DNA from: an uncultured delta proteobacterium
Lineage (GTDB): Bacteria; Desulfobacterota; Desulfomonilia; UBA1062
Reading direction: 5' to 3'
Length of the DNA stretch: 64,000 nucleotides
NCBI GenBank assembly: GCA_963752595.1
Contig: CAVVYZ010000022.1
Location: 64,001-128,000 of the forward strand
In this document: positions 21,019 through 33,134 of the stretch, one piece after another
How the letters are laid out: every line of letters begins with the position of its first letter
How positions within the stretch are numbered: position 1 is the first letter of the stretch
The notes under the pieces: generated by a model
What the model was told of the DNA's origin: nothing
The model's input: the letters and a program-made list of their open reading frames with translations, nothing else
Databases searched by the model: none
Program-made: the position numbers and the translations under genes

Positions 21019-23031
21019 ATGGAAACGGTTTTCTTAAGCGACCTCATCACTGTCTTTGCGCTCTCCATAGCGGTGCTCCTGCTTTTTCTACGCCTGCGCG
21101 TCCCCTCCATCATAGGGTTTCTCCTCACCGGAATACTCGCCGGGCCTTCGGGACTGAAGCTCATACAGTCAGGGCATCAGGTCGAGCTCGTCTCGGATTT
21201 CGGGGTAGTCCTTCTGCTCTTTACCATCGGCATCGAGTTCTCGCTTAAAGGGCTTCTCCAGATAAAGAAATACGTGTTCCTCGGCGGAACATTCCAGATG
21301 GCCCTCACCTCGATCCTCTGCTTTGCGGCAGCGCAATACATGGGGCTCGGGGTTTCTGAGGGGATCTTCGTATCCCTGCTCGTATCGTTGAGCTCTACTG
21401 CAATCGTGCTCAAGATCCTTGATGAGCGGGCAGAGACGACTTCTCCCCAGGGAAGGAACACGCTGGCCATCCTTATTTTCCAGGACATCTCGGTTCTGGC
21501 GATCATGCTCGCAATCCCTTTCCTGGCCGGTTCCTCTGCAGAGCTTCATGAATCCCCCGGAATGTTCCTGGGGAAAGGCCTGGCATTGATCGCGCTCTTT
21601 TTCCTCGGGTACAAGTGGATTGTGCCCGGACTCCTGAGCCTGGTTGCAAAAACCCGCAATCATGAGCTTTTCCTCATGAGCATCATCCTGATCTGTCTGA
21701 GTGTTGCCTGGCTCACCTATTCGCTGGGCCTGTCGCTGGCCCTGGGAGCGTTTCTCGCAGGCCTCATCATTTCCGAATCGGAGTACAGCCACGACGCCCT
21801 GGGCCGCATCCTTCCTTTCCGGGATGTATTCGTGAGCGTCTTTTTCATCTCCATCGGCATGCTCCTCGATGTGTCATTCCTCGTTCAGCATCTTATGCTC
21901 ATCAGCCTGCTCGTAACAGGCATCATCCTGCTCAAATTTTTTACCGGATCCCTCGCGACATTCGGCCTCGGGTTTCCGCTCCGCATCAGCGTGCTGGTCG
22001 GCCTTGCGCTCGCGCAGGTGGGAGAATTCTCGTTCGTCCTGAGCAAGACGGGATACCATTACGGATTGATGAGCTTGAATCACTACCAGCTCTTCCTCGC
22101 CGCCACCCTCATCACCATGGCCGCGACACCGTTCATCATGAGCGCATCACCCAAGACAGCGGACTGGTTCATGAACCTCCCGCTTCCCGAGAGATTCAAG
22201 CATGCCATGATGCCGGTAAGTATCATGGCACTGAACGACGATGCCGCGAAGTTCACGGATCATCTCATCGTGGTGGGGTACGGCATCAACGGAAGGAATG
22301 TATCAAGGGCGGCCCGTATGGCGGGCATCCCGTACGTGATTCTGGAAATCAACCCGGATACGGTGCATTCCGAGCGTGAAGGAGGGGAGCCGATCTTTTA
22401 CGGTGATGCGACCCAGGAGGCAGTGCTCACTCATATCGGAATCAGCCGGGCGCGTGTCCTGGTCATAGCCATACCCGACGTTGCCGCAACACGGATGATC
22501 ACGTCCCTTGCAAAGGGACTCAATCCGAAGGTGCATATCATTGCCCGGACCCGGTTTGTCAGCGAGGTAAAGCCTCTTTATGAGCTGGGAGCGGACGAGG
22601 TCATCCCCGAAGAATATGAAACCTCCATCGAGATCTTCTCTCGCGCACTGTCGGAATACCTCATCCCCAGGGATGATATCGAGCGCATGATCGAAGAGCT
22701 CCGTTCCGGCGGCTACCAGATGCTCCGCACCCTCTCGGGAGATGCGACCGCCTCCTCCAATTTCGAGCTCTATATCCCGAACTTCAAGATCACTACCCTC
22801 AAAGTAAAGAAAACCTCCGCTGCAGCCGGCAAGAGCCTCACGGAGCTCGAACTCAGGAAGCGGTTCCGTGTCAGCATCCTGGCAATCCGGCGGGGCGATG
22901 AGACCATCCTCAACCCCGGCGGTGACGACATCCTGTGCCCATCTGACGATATCATCGTAACGGGCCAGATGGAGTGCATCCTGGACATCATCCCGCTTCT
23001 GCGGGCAGTCAATCGTGCTGACGAAGCATGA
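21019..23031 (+). CDS. CPA2 cation:proton antiporter with TrkA-N and TrkA-C domains (Kef-like)
   Basis: Many TMs, LFTIGIEFS, ILIFQD, LAQVGEFSF, VVGYGING, YGDAT, SILAIRR. Confidence 0.92.
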   Translation: METVFLSDLITVFALSIAVLLLFLRLRVPSIIGFLLTGILAGPSGLKLIQSGHQVELVSDFGVVLLLFTIGIEFSLKGLLQIKKYVFLGGTFQMALTSILCFAAAQYMGLGVSEGIFVSLLVSLSSTAIVLKILDERAETTSPQGRNTLAILIFQDISVLAIMLAIPFLAGSSAELHESPGMFLGKGLALIALFFLGYKWIVPGLLSLVAKTRNHELFLMSIILICLSVAWLTYSLGLSLALGAFLAGLIISESEYSHDALGRILPFRDVFVSVFFISIGMLLDVSFLVQHLMLISLLVTGIILLKFFTGSLATFGLGFPLRISVLVGLALAQVGEFSFVLSKTGYHYGLMSLNHYQLFLAATLITMAATPFIMSASPKTADWFMNLPLPERFKHAMMPVSIMALNDDAAKFTDHLIVVGYGINGRNVSRAARMAGIPYVILEINPDTVHSEREGGEPIFYGDATQEAVLTHIGISRARVLVIAIPDVAATRMITSLAKGLNPKVHIIARTRFVSEVKPLYELGADEVIPEEYETSIEIFSRALSEYLIPRDDIERMIEELRSGGYQMLRTLSGDATASSNFELYIPNFKITTLKVKKTSAAAGKSLTELELRKRFRVSILAIRRGDETILNPGGDDILCPSDDIIVTGQMECILDIIPLLRAVNRADEA

Positions 23032-23210
23032 AGTACGGGTGGTAAATCCGCATTCCCCGGATATGATAAATCGTGAGAAATTTGTCGTTATGGTATCTTT
23101 CCATTAATTATTGGAAGGCTGGTTTACCTTTTTAAGCCATATCTCTGGTTTTTCATGGCCTCCGGATGCAAATCGATATTGACATGGAGTCTGTTTTCCC
23201 CTATCGAGTA

Positions 23211-23237
23211 CTAGCACTCAACAGTATCGAGTGCTAA
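23211..23237 (+). promoter_or_regulatory. CIRCE element (HrcA operator) upstream of groES; TTGACA at 23179-23184
   Basis: CTAGCACTC-AACAGTATC-GAGTGCTAA, one mismatch to TTAGCACTC-N9-GAGTGCTAA. Confidence 0.95.
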
Positions 23238-23260
23238 CAATTCATTTCAGGAGGTATCTA

Positions 23261-25221
<1,961 letters not shown>

Positions 25222-25245
25222 TCGGCAACAAAAAAATGTACAGAC

Positions 25246-25272
25246 AAGGGGGCTCTATGAGCCCCCTTTTTT
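25246..25272 (+). terminator. Intrinsic terminator after groEL
   Basis: AAGGGGGCTC-TAT-GAGCCCCCTT followed by a T run. Confidence 0.85.
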
Positions 25273-25434
25273 ATTTCTCAATGTTTCCGGTATCAATATT
25301 CAGTATTGTCCGCCTTGTTATTATTGCTTGTCAGGTTGAAAAGATCCGGTTATAGAGACAGGAGGCTCGAGGAAGGGCTATGCGAATTTGTCCGGACGTG
25401 TTTGATTACCCGAACGGCGAGATGTATCGGTTCG

Positions 25435-25923
25435 TCAATACTCTTTCACCGGGTTCAGGTTCAGCACGCGCCTGACGGCCACGAGCTCACCCACGTGAAA
25501 GGAGTTGTGGTCGGCAGCAAGGAGAATCTCCCTGAAGACCGTATAACCCTTTGCATGAGGGATCGGGTTGAAGAAATCGGTATGAGGGTCCTGAACGATC
25601 CCTTCAAGGGCACCGAGATCGCCCCGAATGTCACTGACCGTCTTTTCCCAGATCGCAGAAGTAGCCGTTTCATCGGTCCGGGGCCAGTATCCCACGGGAA
25701 AATCAGGCGAGATATAGTTCGGGTTCCTGACAAATTCCAGGATATCCAACTGGGCGATACGCATGTGTTCCAGGAGATGCCAGACCGTGTAGCTGCTGTG
25801 GGGGACCTTTGTATTGACGGCTTCCATGGGAAAGCCTGAGACCGCATCATCAAAACTCATGTGGGCATTTCCTCCCCGCAGGAGCGCGAGCAGTTGATCT
25901 CTGACTATTCTGCCGGTATCCAT
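25435..25923 (-). CDS. DinB family protein
   Basis: GGNAH, WHLLEHMRIAQ, ADHNSFHVG His motifs; start MDTGR behind GAGG. Confidence 0.85.
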   Translation of the reverse strand: MDTGRIVRDQLLALLRGGNAHMSFDDAVSGFPMEAVNTKVPHSSYTVWHLLEHMRIAQLDILEFVRNPNYISPDFPVGYWPRTDETATSAIWEKTVSDIRGDLGALEGIVQDPHTDFFNPIPHAKGYTVFREILLAADHNSFHVGELVAVRRVLNLNPVKEY

Positions 25924-26009
25924 AGGCACCTCTTTCCCGAAACGATAAAGATCGGCTTCTCGAAGAATATAATATGCATGAAGCGGAGGTTTCCCACATA
26001 CGTGCCGGC

Positions 26010-26441
26010 TTATTCCGAGAACCGTTGTATGATCTTTTGCAGGATGGAGCTGAAGGCATCGATTTCCTCCTGTGACAGCCCTTCCTTGATCGCATCGTTG
26101 TGCTGCTTGGTGATGCTCAGGCATTTCATGGCCGCAAGTCTGCCTGTTTCCGTGAGGAATAACTTTATGGCCCTGCGATCCGAAGGGACAGCTTTGCGCT
26201 TTACGAGGTTCTTGCTTTCCAGCCGGTCTACGAGCCCGGTAATTGCCGATTTATCCAATATGAGGGCGCGGCTGAGCTCGGTGAGCAGACACCCGTCGTT
26301 GGCCATCAGATAATAAAGTGCGCCGGACTGTGCCGCCGTCACCCCTGCAGAATCGATAAGGGCCTGGTCGAGCTTTGTGAACAGCCGGTTCCTGGCCTGC
26401 CCGAGAAGAAATATAAACCGTTCATCTTTTTTCATAAGCAC
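26010..26441 (-). CDS. MarR family transcriptional regulator
   Basis: ELSRALILDKSAITGLVDRLESKNLVKR...DRRAIKLFLT. Confidence 0.93.
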   Translation of the reverse strand: MLMKKDERFIFLLGQARNRLFTKLDQALIDSAGVTAAQSGALYYLMANDGCLLTELSRALILDKSAITGLVDRLESKNLVKRKAVPSDRRAIKLFLTETGRLAAMKCLSITKQHNDAIKEGLSQEEIDAFSSILQKIIQRFSE

Positions 26442-26475
26442 CCGTCCTGTTTTTCTTTATCATTAGTATAGGATC

Positions 26476-26501
26476 TTGGTAGTTGATATATCAACTACCA
26501 A
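26476..26501. promoter_or_regulatory. Perfect 26-bp palindrome, likely MarR operator
   Basis: TTGGTAGTTGATATATCAACTACCAA between divergent marR and the 26603 gene. Confidence 0.75.
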
Positions 26502-26602
26502 CTCCCTAGTCCCCTCCCTTATGCCTTCGTAAACCGGTATTTTCTTCACAAGGGAAAAGGTATTATAGTACCGGTTGTATCTGTTTATGATGAGGAGACT
26601 CC

Positions 26603-29449
26603 ATGAATAGCTTCTATTTCACGGCTAAGAGGGCTTTGCATGCATTCCTGATCTGCATCGTTTCCCTGCTTTTCTTACCGTTGTGCGCCTCGGCGCGGTA
26701 TGACCCGGCATGGGAATGGTACACGATCCGGACCGATGATTTCGTCATCTATTACCCCAAAGGCCATGAGCTGTTTGCCCAGCGTATCCTCTCACTCTGC
26801 GAAGAGGTCAGGAGCGACGTCAGCGGGTATCTCGGTGTCGAGCCGCGGCCCTGCCCCATAGTCCTGAACCCCGGTACGGATATCTTTAACGGCTATATGA
26901 ATATATTCCCCAGCATGATTTCCCTGTACGAGGCGCCTCTCTATACCTTGAGGGGGCTTGGCCCCGGCTCGGATCTTATGGATCTGGTCTTCACCCATGA
27001 GTACACCCACTATGTCCATATAACGACCCGGCTCGGATGGTATGCCGGATTGACGGATCTGCTGGGAAATGGCCTTGAAATTTCAAACATCGTATCCCCC
27101 GGATGGGTCGTAGAAGGCATCACGACCAATACCGAGACCCTGTTCACCGACGGCGGGAGGGGCCGGTCTCCACTCTTCACCGGCCAGATGATGTCTTTCA
27201 CCGAAGGCAAAGGACTCTGGGACCTCAACTCGGCAGCAGTATCCTCACCCTACTCTCCCCCGGGTTCGAGGATCTACCTTGCAGGATACCATATGATCGA
27301 TTACCTGAACCGCACCTACGGCCCTGATGCGTTTGCGCGTCTGAGCCGCTACCAGGCAGCGCACCCCCTGGGAGGCACGGCTGAGGCCCTGATGAGCGTG
27401 ACCAATGAATATCCCGATCGGTTCTACTCCGGTTTTCTGCGCGATTTCGAGGCCCGTACGAAAAAAACAAAAGATGAGGCACTATCCGTCGGCCTGCCCT
27501 CAGGGAGGACCGTGCTGGGAGAAGATGCGTATCTCGACGGCTTCGAGTCTCATTTCTGGACTCAGACCGGGACCATTATCGGGCTCAGGAGAGGGTACGA
27601 CAGGAAGACCGCCCTGGTCGAGGTCGAACCCTCAACAGGAAGAATACTGGATGAAAAACCCACGGGCATCCTGGCGAACCTCTCCAGCCGGAGGCTTTCA
27701 GACGGCCGGCTGGTGATACCGGAGGTGTTCTATCACCCCTTTGGCGAAGGCGAGATCGATTCGACCGATCTCGTGATCTTTAACCCGGACACGATGAAGC
27801 ATGACCGGCTGACCAGGAATGCACATATCTATTCAGCGGCTCTCTCACCCGATGGCCGCACCTTTGCAGCCACGCGAAGGAACGGAATGTGGATCGACCT
27901 CGTGCTTCTCGACGCAGACGGGTCGAACATCAGGCCTCTCGTCTCAAAGGCCGGGGTGTATTTCGACGCACCATGCTGGTCGCCTGACGGCTCCCGTATC
28001 GCTGCAGTGGTGAAGGCCGGCCGGAACTCGGACATCGCGCTGGCCGATCCCCTGACAGGCGCCATGGAACTGCTCTTCCAATCGGATGCCGCCGAAGACA
28101 ACGACCCCGAATTCTCATCCGATGGAAAATGGCTTGTATTCTCTTCCGACAGGAGCGGCATCTGGAATGTCTATGCCTGGAACCTCCCGGAGAAAAGACT
28201 GTATCAGCTCACCTCCGTACCCTACGTGGCAGAGGACCCGCATGCCTCGCCTGACGGGAAGACCCTCTCGTTCTCCAGCACGATACGGGGGGTGAAGCAG
28301 GTGTGCACTCTGCCTTTCACCCCCTCAGAAGGCAAGCCCATAGAAGTACTGCAGGCTTCCGCTGTCGGCGAGCCTGATCTGAAGCGCCTCCAGCCCGAGG
28401 TCGCATTTACCGGTGCTGAAGGTATCCCCAATGCGGCATACAAGCCCTTCCTTCATGTCCTTTATGTCAGTTCCGACGAGGAAGGTACACAGGCAGGCAT
28501 TTTCATTATGGGAGCTGACCCGGTGGGGATAAATGCCTATACCCTGGGCCTTCTGTACGGGTTCGGGTCGAACCGGCCGGGATACGATATCAACCTCGTC
28601 AACAGGTCTTTCTGGCCGACCCTGACAGCCCGCATCTACGACACCTCCGTGGAAGGAGACACCGTAGGCGGGGGAAGTGACTTCTGGTTCCGCGAAAGGG
28701 GCGGAGAGCTGTCCGCGGGATTGAACACCATTCACCGGATCACGCCGAGCTCCATCACCTCATCGATCCGCATCGGCCCGCGGCTGAGGCATTTCAGCTC
28801 ATTAAACGACAATATCCATCTCAGCGATGCCTTTGATCAATCAGTCGGCGTCTTCGGAGAAATGAAATTTTCCAGGAAACCTGATTCCCCTTCGAGGGAC
28901 ATGGTGACCTCCTGGGGCCAGGACCTCTTCCTGACCTATGAAAAGGGTCTGTCCAAGCTGGGGGGAGAGCTTCCCGGTTATAACGCAGCCGCTTCACTAA
29001 CCCAGTACGTGCCGTCGTATTTCCGCCACCAGGGCTTTGCATTGACCCTTGCCCACCAGTCCCAGAAAGGTCTTCTCTCTTATGACAAGATTTACATACC
29101 CAGGGGATACAGCGACAATGACTCAGATGGAGGGTTTCTCCTGAAGAGGAACCTCCTCATGACCGCCGAGTACCACTTCCCGATTCTCTACACCGATGGC
29201 GGCCTGGGCCTGAGCGCCTATCACAGCGACCTTCTCAAAGGCTCGGTCTTTATCGACTACGGGGCAGGATGGGAAGGCGGCTTTGACTGGGATTCCTGGA
29301 ATGCCGAAGCCAGGACGTCCATCGGGGCAACCCTGACGAACAAGTGCGTGCTTTTTGCGCTCCTGCCCATTGAATTCGGCATTCAGGCAGGCTACAAAAC
29401 GCATGAGCACGAGGGCTTCATGAATTTTCTCTTGAGGTTCGAGCTGTAA
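26603..29449 (+). CDS. Secreted/outer-membrane protein: HExxH peptidase-like domain, PD40/TolB propeller and putative C-terminal beta-barrel (WD40-Omp85-like)
   Basis: Signal peptide, THEYTHYVH...WVVEG, repeated SPDG/SSDG PD40 motifs, aromatic beta-strand-rich C-terminus. Confidence 0.7.
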   Translation: MNSFYFTAKRALHAFLICIVSLLFLPLCASARYDPAWEWYTIRTDDFVIYYPKGHELFAQRILSLCEEVRSDVSGYLGVEPRPCPIVLNPGTDIFNGYMNIFPSMISLYEAPLYTLRGLGPGSDLMDLVFTHEYTHYVHITTRLGWYAGLTDLLGNGLEISNIVSPGWVVEGITTNTETLFTDGGRGRSPLFTGQMMSFTEGKGLWDLNSAAVSSPYSPPGSRIYLAGYHMIDYLNRTYGPDAFARLSRYQAAHPLGGTAEALMSVTNEYPDRFYSGFLRDFEARTKKTKDEALSVGLPSGRTVLGEDAYLDGFESHFWTQTGTIIGLRRGYDRKTALVEVEPSTGRILDEKPTGILANLSSRRLSDGRLVIPEVFYHPFGEGEIDSTDLVIFNPDTMKHDRLTRNAHIYSAALSPDGRTFAATRRNGMWIDLVLLDADGSNIRPLVSKAGVYFDAPCWSPDGSRIAAVVKAGRNSDIALADPLTGAMELLFQSDAAEDNDPEFSSDGKWLVFSSDRSGIWNVYAWNLPEKRLYQLTSVPYVAEDPHASPDGKTLSFSSTIRGVKQVCTLPFTPSEGKPIEVLQASAVGEPDLKRLQPEVAFTGAEGIPNAAYKPFLHVLYVSSDEEGTQAGIFIMGADPVGINAYTLGLLYGFGSNRPGYDINLVNRSFWPTLTARIYDTSVEGDTVGGGSDFWFRERGGELSAGLNTIHRITPSSITSSIRIGPRLRHFSSLNDNIHLSDAFDQSVGVFGEMKFSRKPDSPSRDMVTSWGQDLFLTYEKGLSKLGGELPGYNAAASLTQYVPSYFRHQGFALTLAHQSQKGLLSYDKIYIPRGYSDNDSDGGFLLKRNLLMTAEYHFPILYTDGGLGLSAYHSDLLKGSVFIDYGAGWEGGFDWDSWNAEARTSIGATLTNKCVLFALLPIEFGIQAGYKTHEHEGFMNFLLRFEL

Positions 29450-30715
29450 AGAAAGCCTATGCCACGGAGGCCTCTTGCCTCCGCCCTTTCATCCCATATG
29501 CTCATGAGATAGCTTTTGTTTTCCTCAAAGCACCTCGCCTGCTGCTCGACAAGCTCTTCGGCCTGATGAGAGTCCATATCCCTGGACTGGTTCACGAAGG
29601 AGGCCACCCGGGCATAGTACAGGGGCTCCACCAGTTCGATGAGCTTGTAGCGGTTTTTCTTCCAGGAATGGAACGTTGCGGCGAGCTCATAGAGGATCTT
29701 GACCCAGATCTCGCAGGGAACAAGAAGTCGTGCTTTTTCGATCCGATCTTCTCGATCTCCCGGTAAGCATTCCGGGGAAAAGACCTCCTTCCACAGGACT
29801 CCGAAGTGCCGGAAGCCGGCCTTGAAATTTTCCAGCAGGGCATCCATGTTCACCTCGACGGGTTCCGGCTCGGTGAATCCCTGCATGCCGAAGGTCTCCA
29901 CCGGGTTGCTGCCTTGACCTTTCTCCAGTATTCCTCGTAGACCTCCATGAGGGTGAAGAGGGTCCAGATGACCTGGCGGAACATGGGGCCCAGGTGGTGG
30001 GAGGGGTCCTTCGCGTCGTGGATCTTCACCCCCAGGTTCGACTGGCAGATCTTGAAGCCGCTTGGTGATGGCGTGGTGGTCATCCAGATGTCGATGCCGA
30101 AGCGGGCCACGTCGGTCTCCCAGACGTCCTGGTCCGCGTAGAACTTGGCCACGTCCTGGGAAAAGGCGAAATCGCCGCCGATGGGCTGGCGGATCCGCTT
30201 GCCGTACAGGGCGCGGGTGAGGTTGTAGACGATGTTGTTGGTGATGGTGCCGTCGTACTTGTGCCGCATGTACACGGGGGCCACGAACTGGTAGCCTTTC
30301 TCCAGCACCGGGTCCAGGAGGTATTTGACCCAGTCCGCGTGATGCTGCGCAGGTCGGAATCCACCACGGCGCAGGCCTTGACCTTCAGCCGCTCGGCCGC
30401 CTCGAAGATGGACCGCAGGGCGGTGCCCTTGCCCGCCGGGCCCCGGTAGATGGAGACGATCTTTTCCTGCCAGGGCTTGATCTGGAACTCCTTGGCCACC
30501 TCGCGGGTGTCGTCGGTGGAGCCGCCGTCGGCGATCGAAGATGACGCTCCGCTTGTCCTTGTAGTGCCGGGCCAGGCCGTGGGTGACCATCTGGATGACG
30601 TGCTCGATGGTGCTCTCGTTGTTGTAGCAGGGGATGCCCACGAGGATATCGGCGGATTCGATCTCCTCGATGCCTTTGAGGTATATGCCCTCAACGCCGT
30701 GTCATAATTGAAGCA
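29392..30715 (-). CDS. Glucosylglycerate synthase (Ggs)-like glycosyltransferase; several frameshifts, ends approximate
   Basis: Stitched from three frames: VGIPCYNNE, DGGSTDDT, GKGTAL, DSDLRSIT, RHKYDGTITN, RQPIGGDF, FGIDIWMT, KIHDAKDP. Confidence 0.75.
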
Positions 30716-30916
30716 AACTGCTCTCCTTTCGTTCTGTGGCTTTTTTCGGGATGCCGTTCGTGAGAGCGGCTCTTAAAAAATACATTACGAAAGAACAAGT
30801 CAACCCGAAAACCATATCGGGATTGCATGACACAGCACTCCGAGTTAATTGCCGGGAAGAAAACCGATATTCCTATGAATTTTTTGACTGCCCGATATGC
30901 GCATTTCGGGTGCAAA

Positions 30917-31674
30917 CTACCTCATCGGGGATACGGGTGAGATGAGCGGCATAAGATCAGTGCAGAAATCAGTCGTCGAGGATGCCCCGGCATTCTTCGA
31001 GAGCATGATGCGGGTATCGACGGCGATACAGCTCTCGGGAGTGCATTTCAGCGGGATTGACATCCACTGACTCGATCGAATCCTGAAATCCATAATGAAA
31101 TCGGAAAACGAGAGAACACTCGGCGAGATTTTCCATGCTGATCGGCTCTGAGCCGCGGTACCCTTCAAGAAGTTTGCGGCCCCGGAGATGGCCGGCCATC
31201 TGTACCACATCACGGGGCTCAAGCGGGGCCATCCTCAGGCTGACATCCTGATAGATCTCGACACTCGTGCCGCCTATGCCCAGCAGGATCATCGGGCCGA
31301 ACTGGTAGTCGATCTGTGCCCCGAGGATGAGCTCCAGCCCGGTGGCCATTTCTTCGACGATCATCCCGGTAAATCCCTGTATGGAAGCACAACCTGTCGA
31401 ACGTCTCGATAAGCTCTTCATCGTTATCGATTCCCACTTCCACCCCATGGACTTCCGACTTATGGAGCACGTCAGGAGAAACGACCTTTGCCACGACAGG
31501 ATACCCGATCTCTTGAGCTGCATCCTGTGCTTCCGTATGGGTCAGCGCAACTCTGAACCTCGGTATGGAAAGGCCTGCCAGCAATAAAATGCGCTCTGCA
31601 TCGGGTTCCAGCACCCAGCCCCGTGCAGCGGACCGCGAGATGATCTCCTGGATGCCTTCTTTTCCTTCTACCAT
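30917..31674 (-). CDS. ADP-forming acetate/acyl-CoA ligase, ATP-grasp (beta) subunit; frameshifted
   Basis: GYPVVAKVVSPDVLHKSEVHGV, ELILG...FGPMILLGIGG, LLEGYRG spread over adjacent frames. Confidence 0.8.
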
Positions 31675-33036
31675 GGCTTGTTCCTCCTCAGTGCCTGTGC
31701 CATCAATACCGCCCCTTCGATTGATGGGGAGACAGGTACGCCGTTGAGCTCGAACCCCTCGGTGAGCATCTGGTATTTTTCTTCATGCGGGACATAAGCG
31801 ATAAGGGGTATTCCCAGTTCCCGGGAGATATTGCTCAGCCTTGATCCCAGATCCAGGGTGATGCCGGGGAGATAAGGCAGGAGGAGTGCAACGATGCAGT
31901 CGACCTTCCCGCTTTCTGCCAAAGATCTGGTACAGTAGGAAAAATCGTCATCGGTTGCGCTGCCTGTAAGATCAATGGGGTTTCCCAGCGACGCGATTGC
32001 TTGCACGGATGGAGAAAGGCTTTTGCGGATCTCGTTCTGCTCATCTTCCGGGATCTGAGGTACGGAGAGGCCATGGTTCCAGCATGCATCGACAGCCATG
32101 GCCCCGTGACCGCCGCTGCCCGTCACGACACCTACGGACCCCTCGATGGGTCTCTGATAGGCACTCAAGGCCTCGCAGAAGGAAACGAGCTCGAATTCAT
32201 TGTCAGCTTCGATGATCCCGTACTGTCCGAGCGCTGCAGAAAAGCTTGCCTGATTGCCGGCCAGCGATGCGGTATGGCTCGAAACAGCTCTCCGGCCGCT
32301 CGGACTCTTGCCCGATTTCATGACGACGATCGGTTTCCCGCATCCATATGCGCGATCGACGAACTTCCTGCCCTGATCCTTGCCGAAGCCCTCGATGTAA
32401 AAGGCGATCACCTTGGTGGCAGGATCAGCCGCAAGGTAATCGAGCAGATCCACTTCGTCCAGCAGAGCCTTATTGCCGATACTCACCGCCTTGGCCAGGC
32501 CCACATGCTCGTTCTTGAACTTGATCATCTGATCCACGAGAATGCCTCCGCTCTGGCTCACGAATGAGACATTGCCCGTATCGGGCTTGACCATGCGCTC
32601 AACCGGAAGGAAAAAGGTGTCGATCGTCCTGGGCACATAGATACCCAGGCAGTTCGGCCCGATGAAGGGGAATTTCGCCTCGTCGGACATAGCTACAAGA
32701 CGGTCCTGGATATCGGAGCGGCCGACCTCTTTGAACCCTCCCGAAATCACTGCTGCAGCGCCGACACCATGCGTTATGCACTCCTCGGAGGATGCCGGGT
32801 ACGGATTCAGCCCTTGTTGCGATGACTGCAAGGTCTATCTTTTCCGGGACCTCTGCCGGAGACGGATAGATCCGTTCGCCCTGAATCTTCCCTCCCTTGG
32901 GATTCAACCCGTATACCCGGACAGGATACCGATGGAAATTCTTCAGAAAGATCACATTGGCCGGGTGCTGGAAATTGGTTGAGGACACACCGAAAACCGC
33001 CATGGTTTTCGGGTTGAATAAGGGATCAAGGTTCAT
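31668..33036 (-). CDS. ADP-forming acetate/acyl-CoA ligase, CoA-binding (alpha) subunit; frameshift near 32790
   Basis: LFNPKTMAVFGVS, IGPNCLG, SQSGG, SIGNKA, AVSSHTASLAG (phospho-His), GNPIDLTG. Confidence 0.85.
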
Positions 33037-33134
33037 GAGCACCTCCTCGCTATGAATACAAGGATAGCCGAGAGGTTCTGATTTTAAAGTGCCGATTGAA
33101 AACGGAACGGCGAAGGGACGTGCCTGCTGGATGA

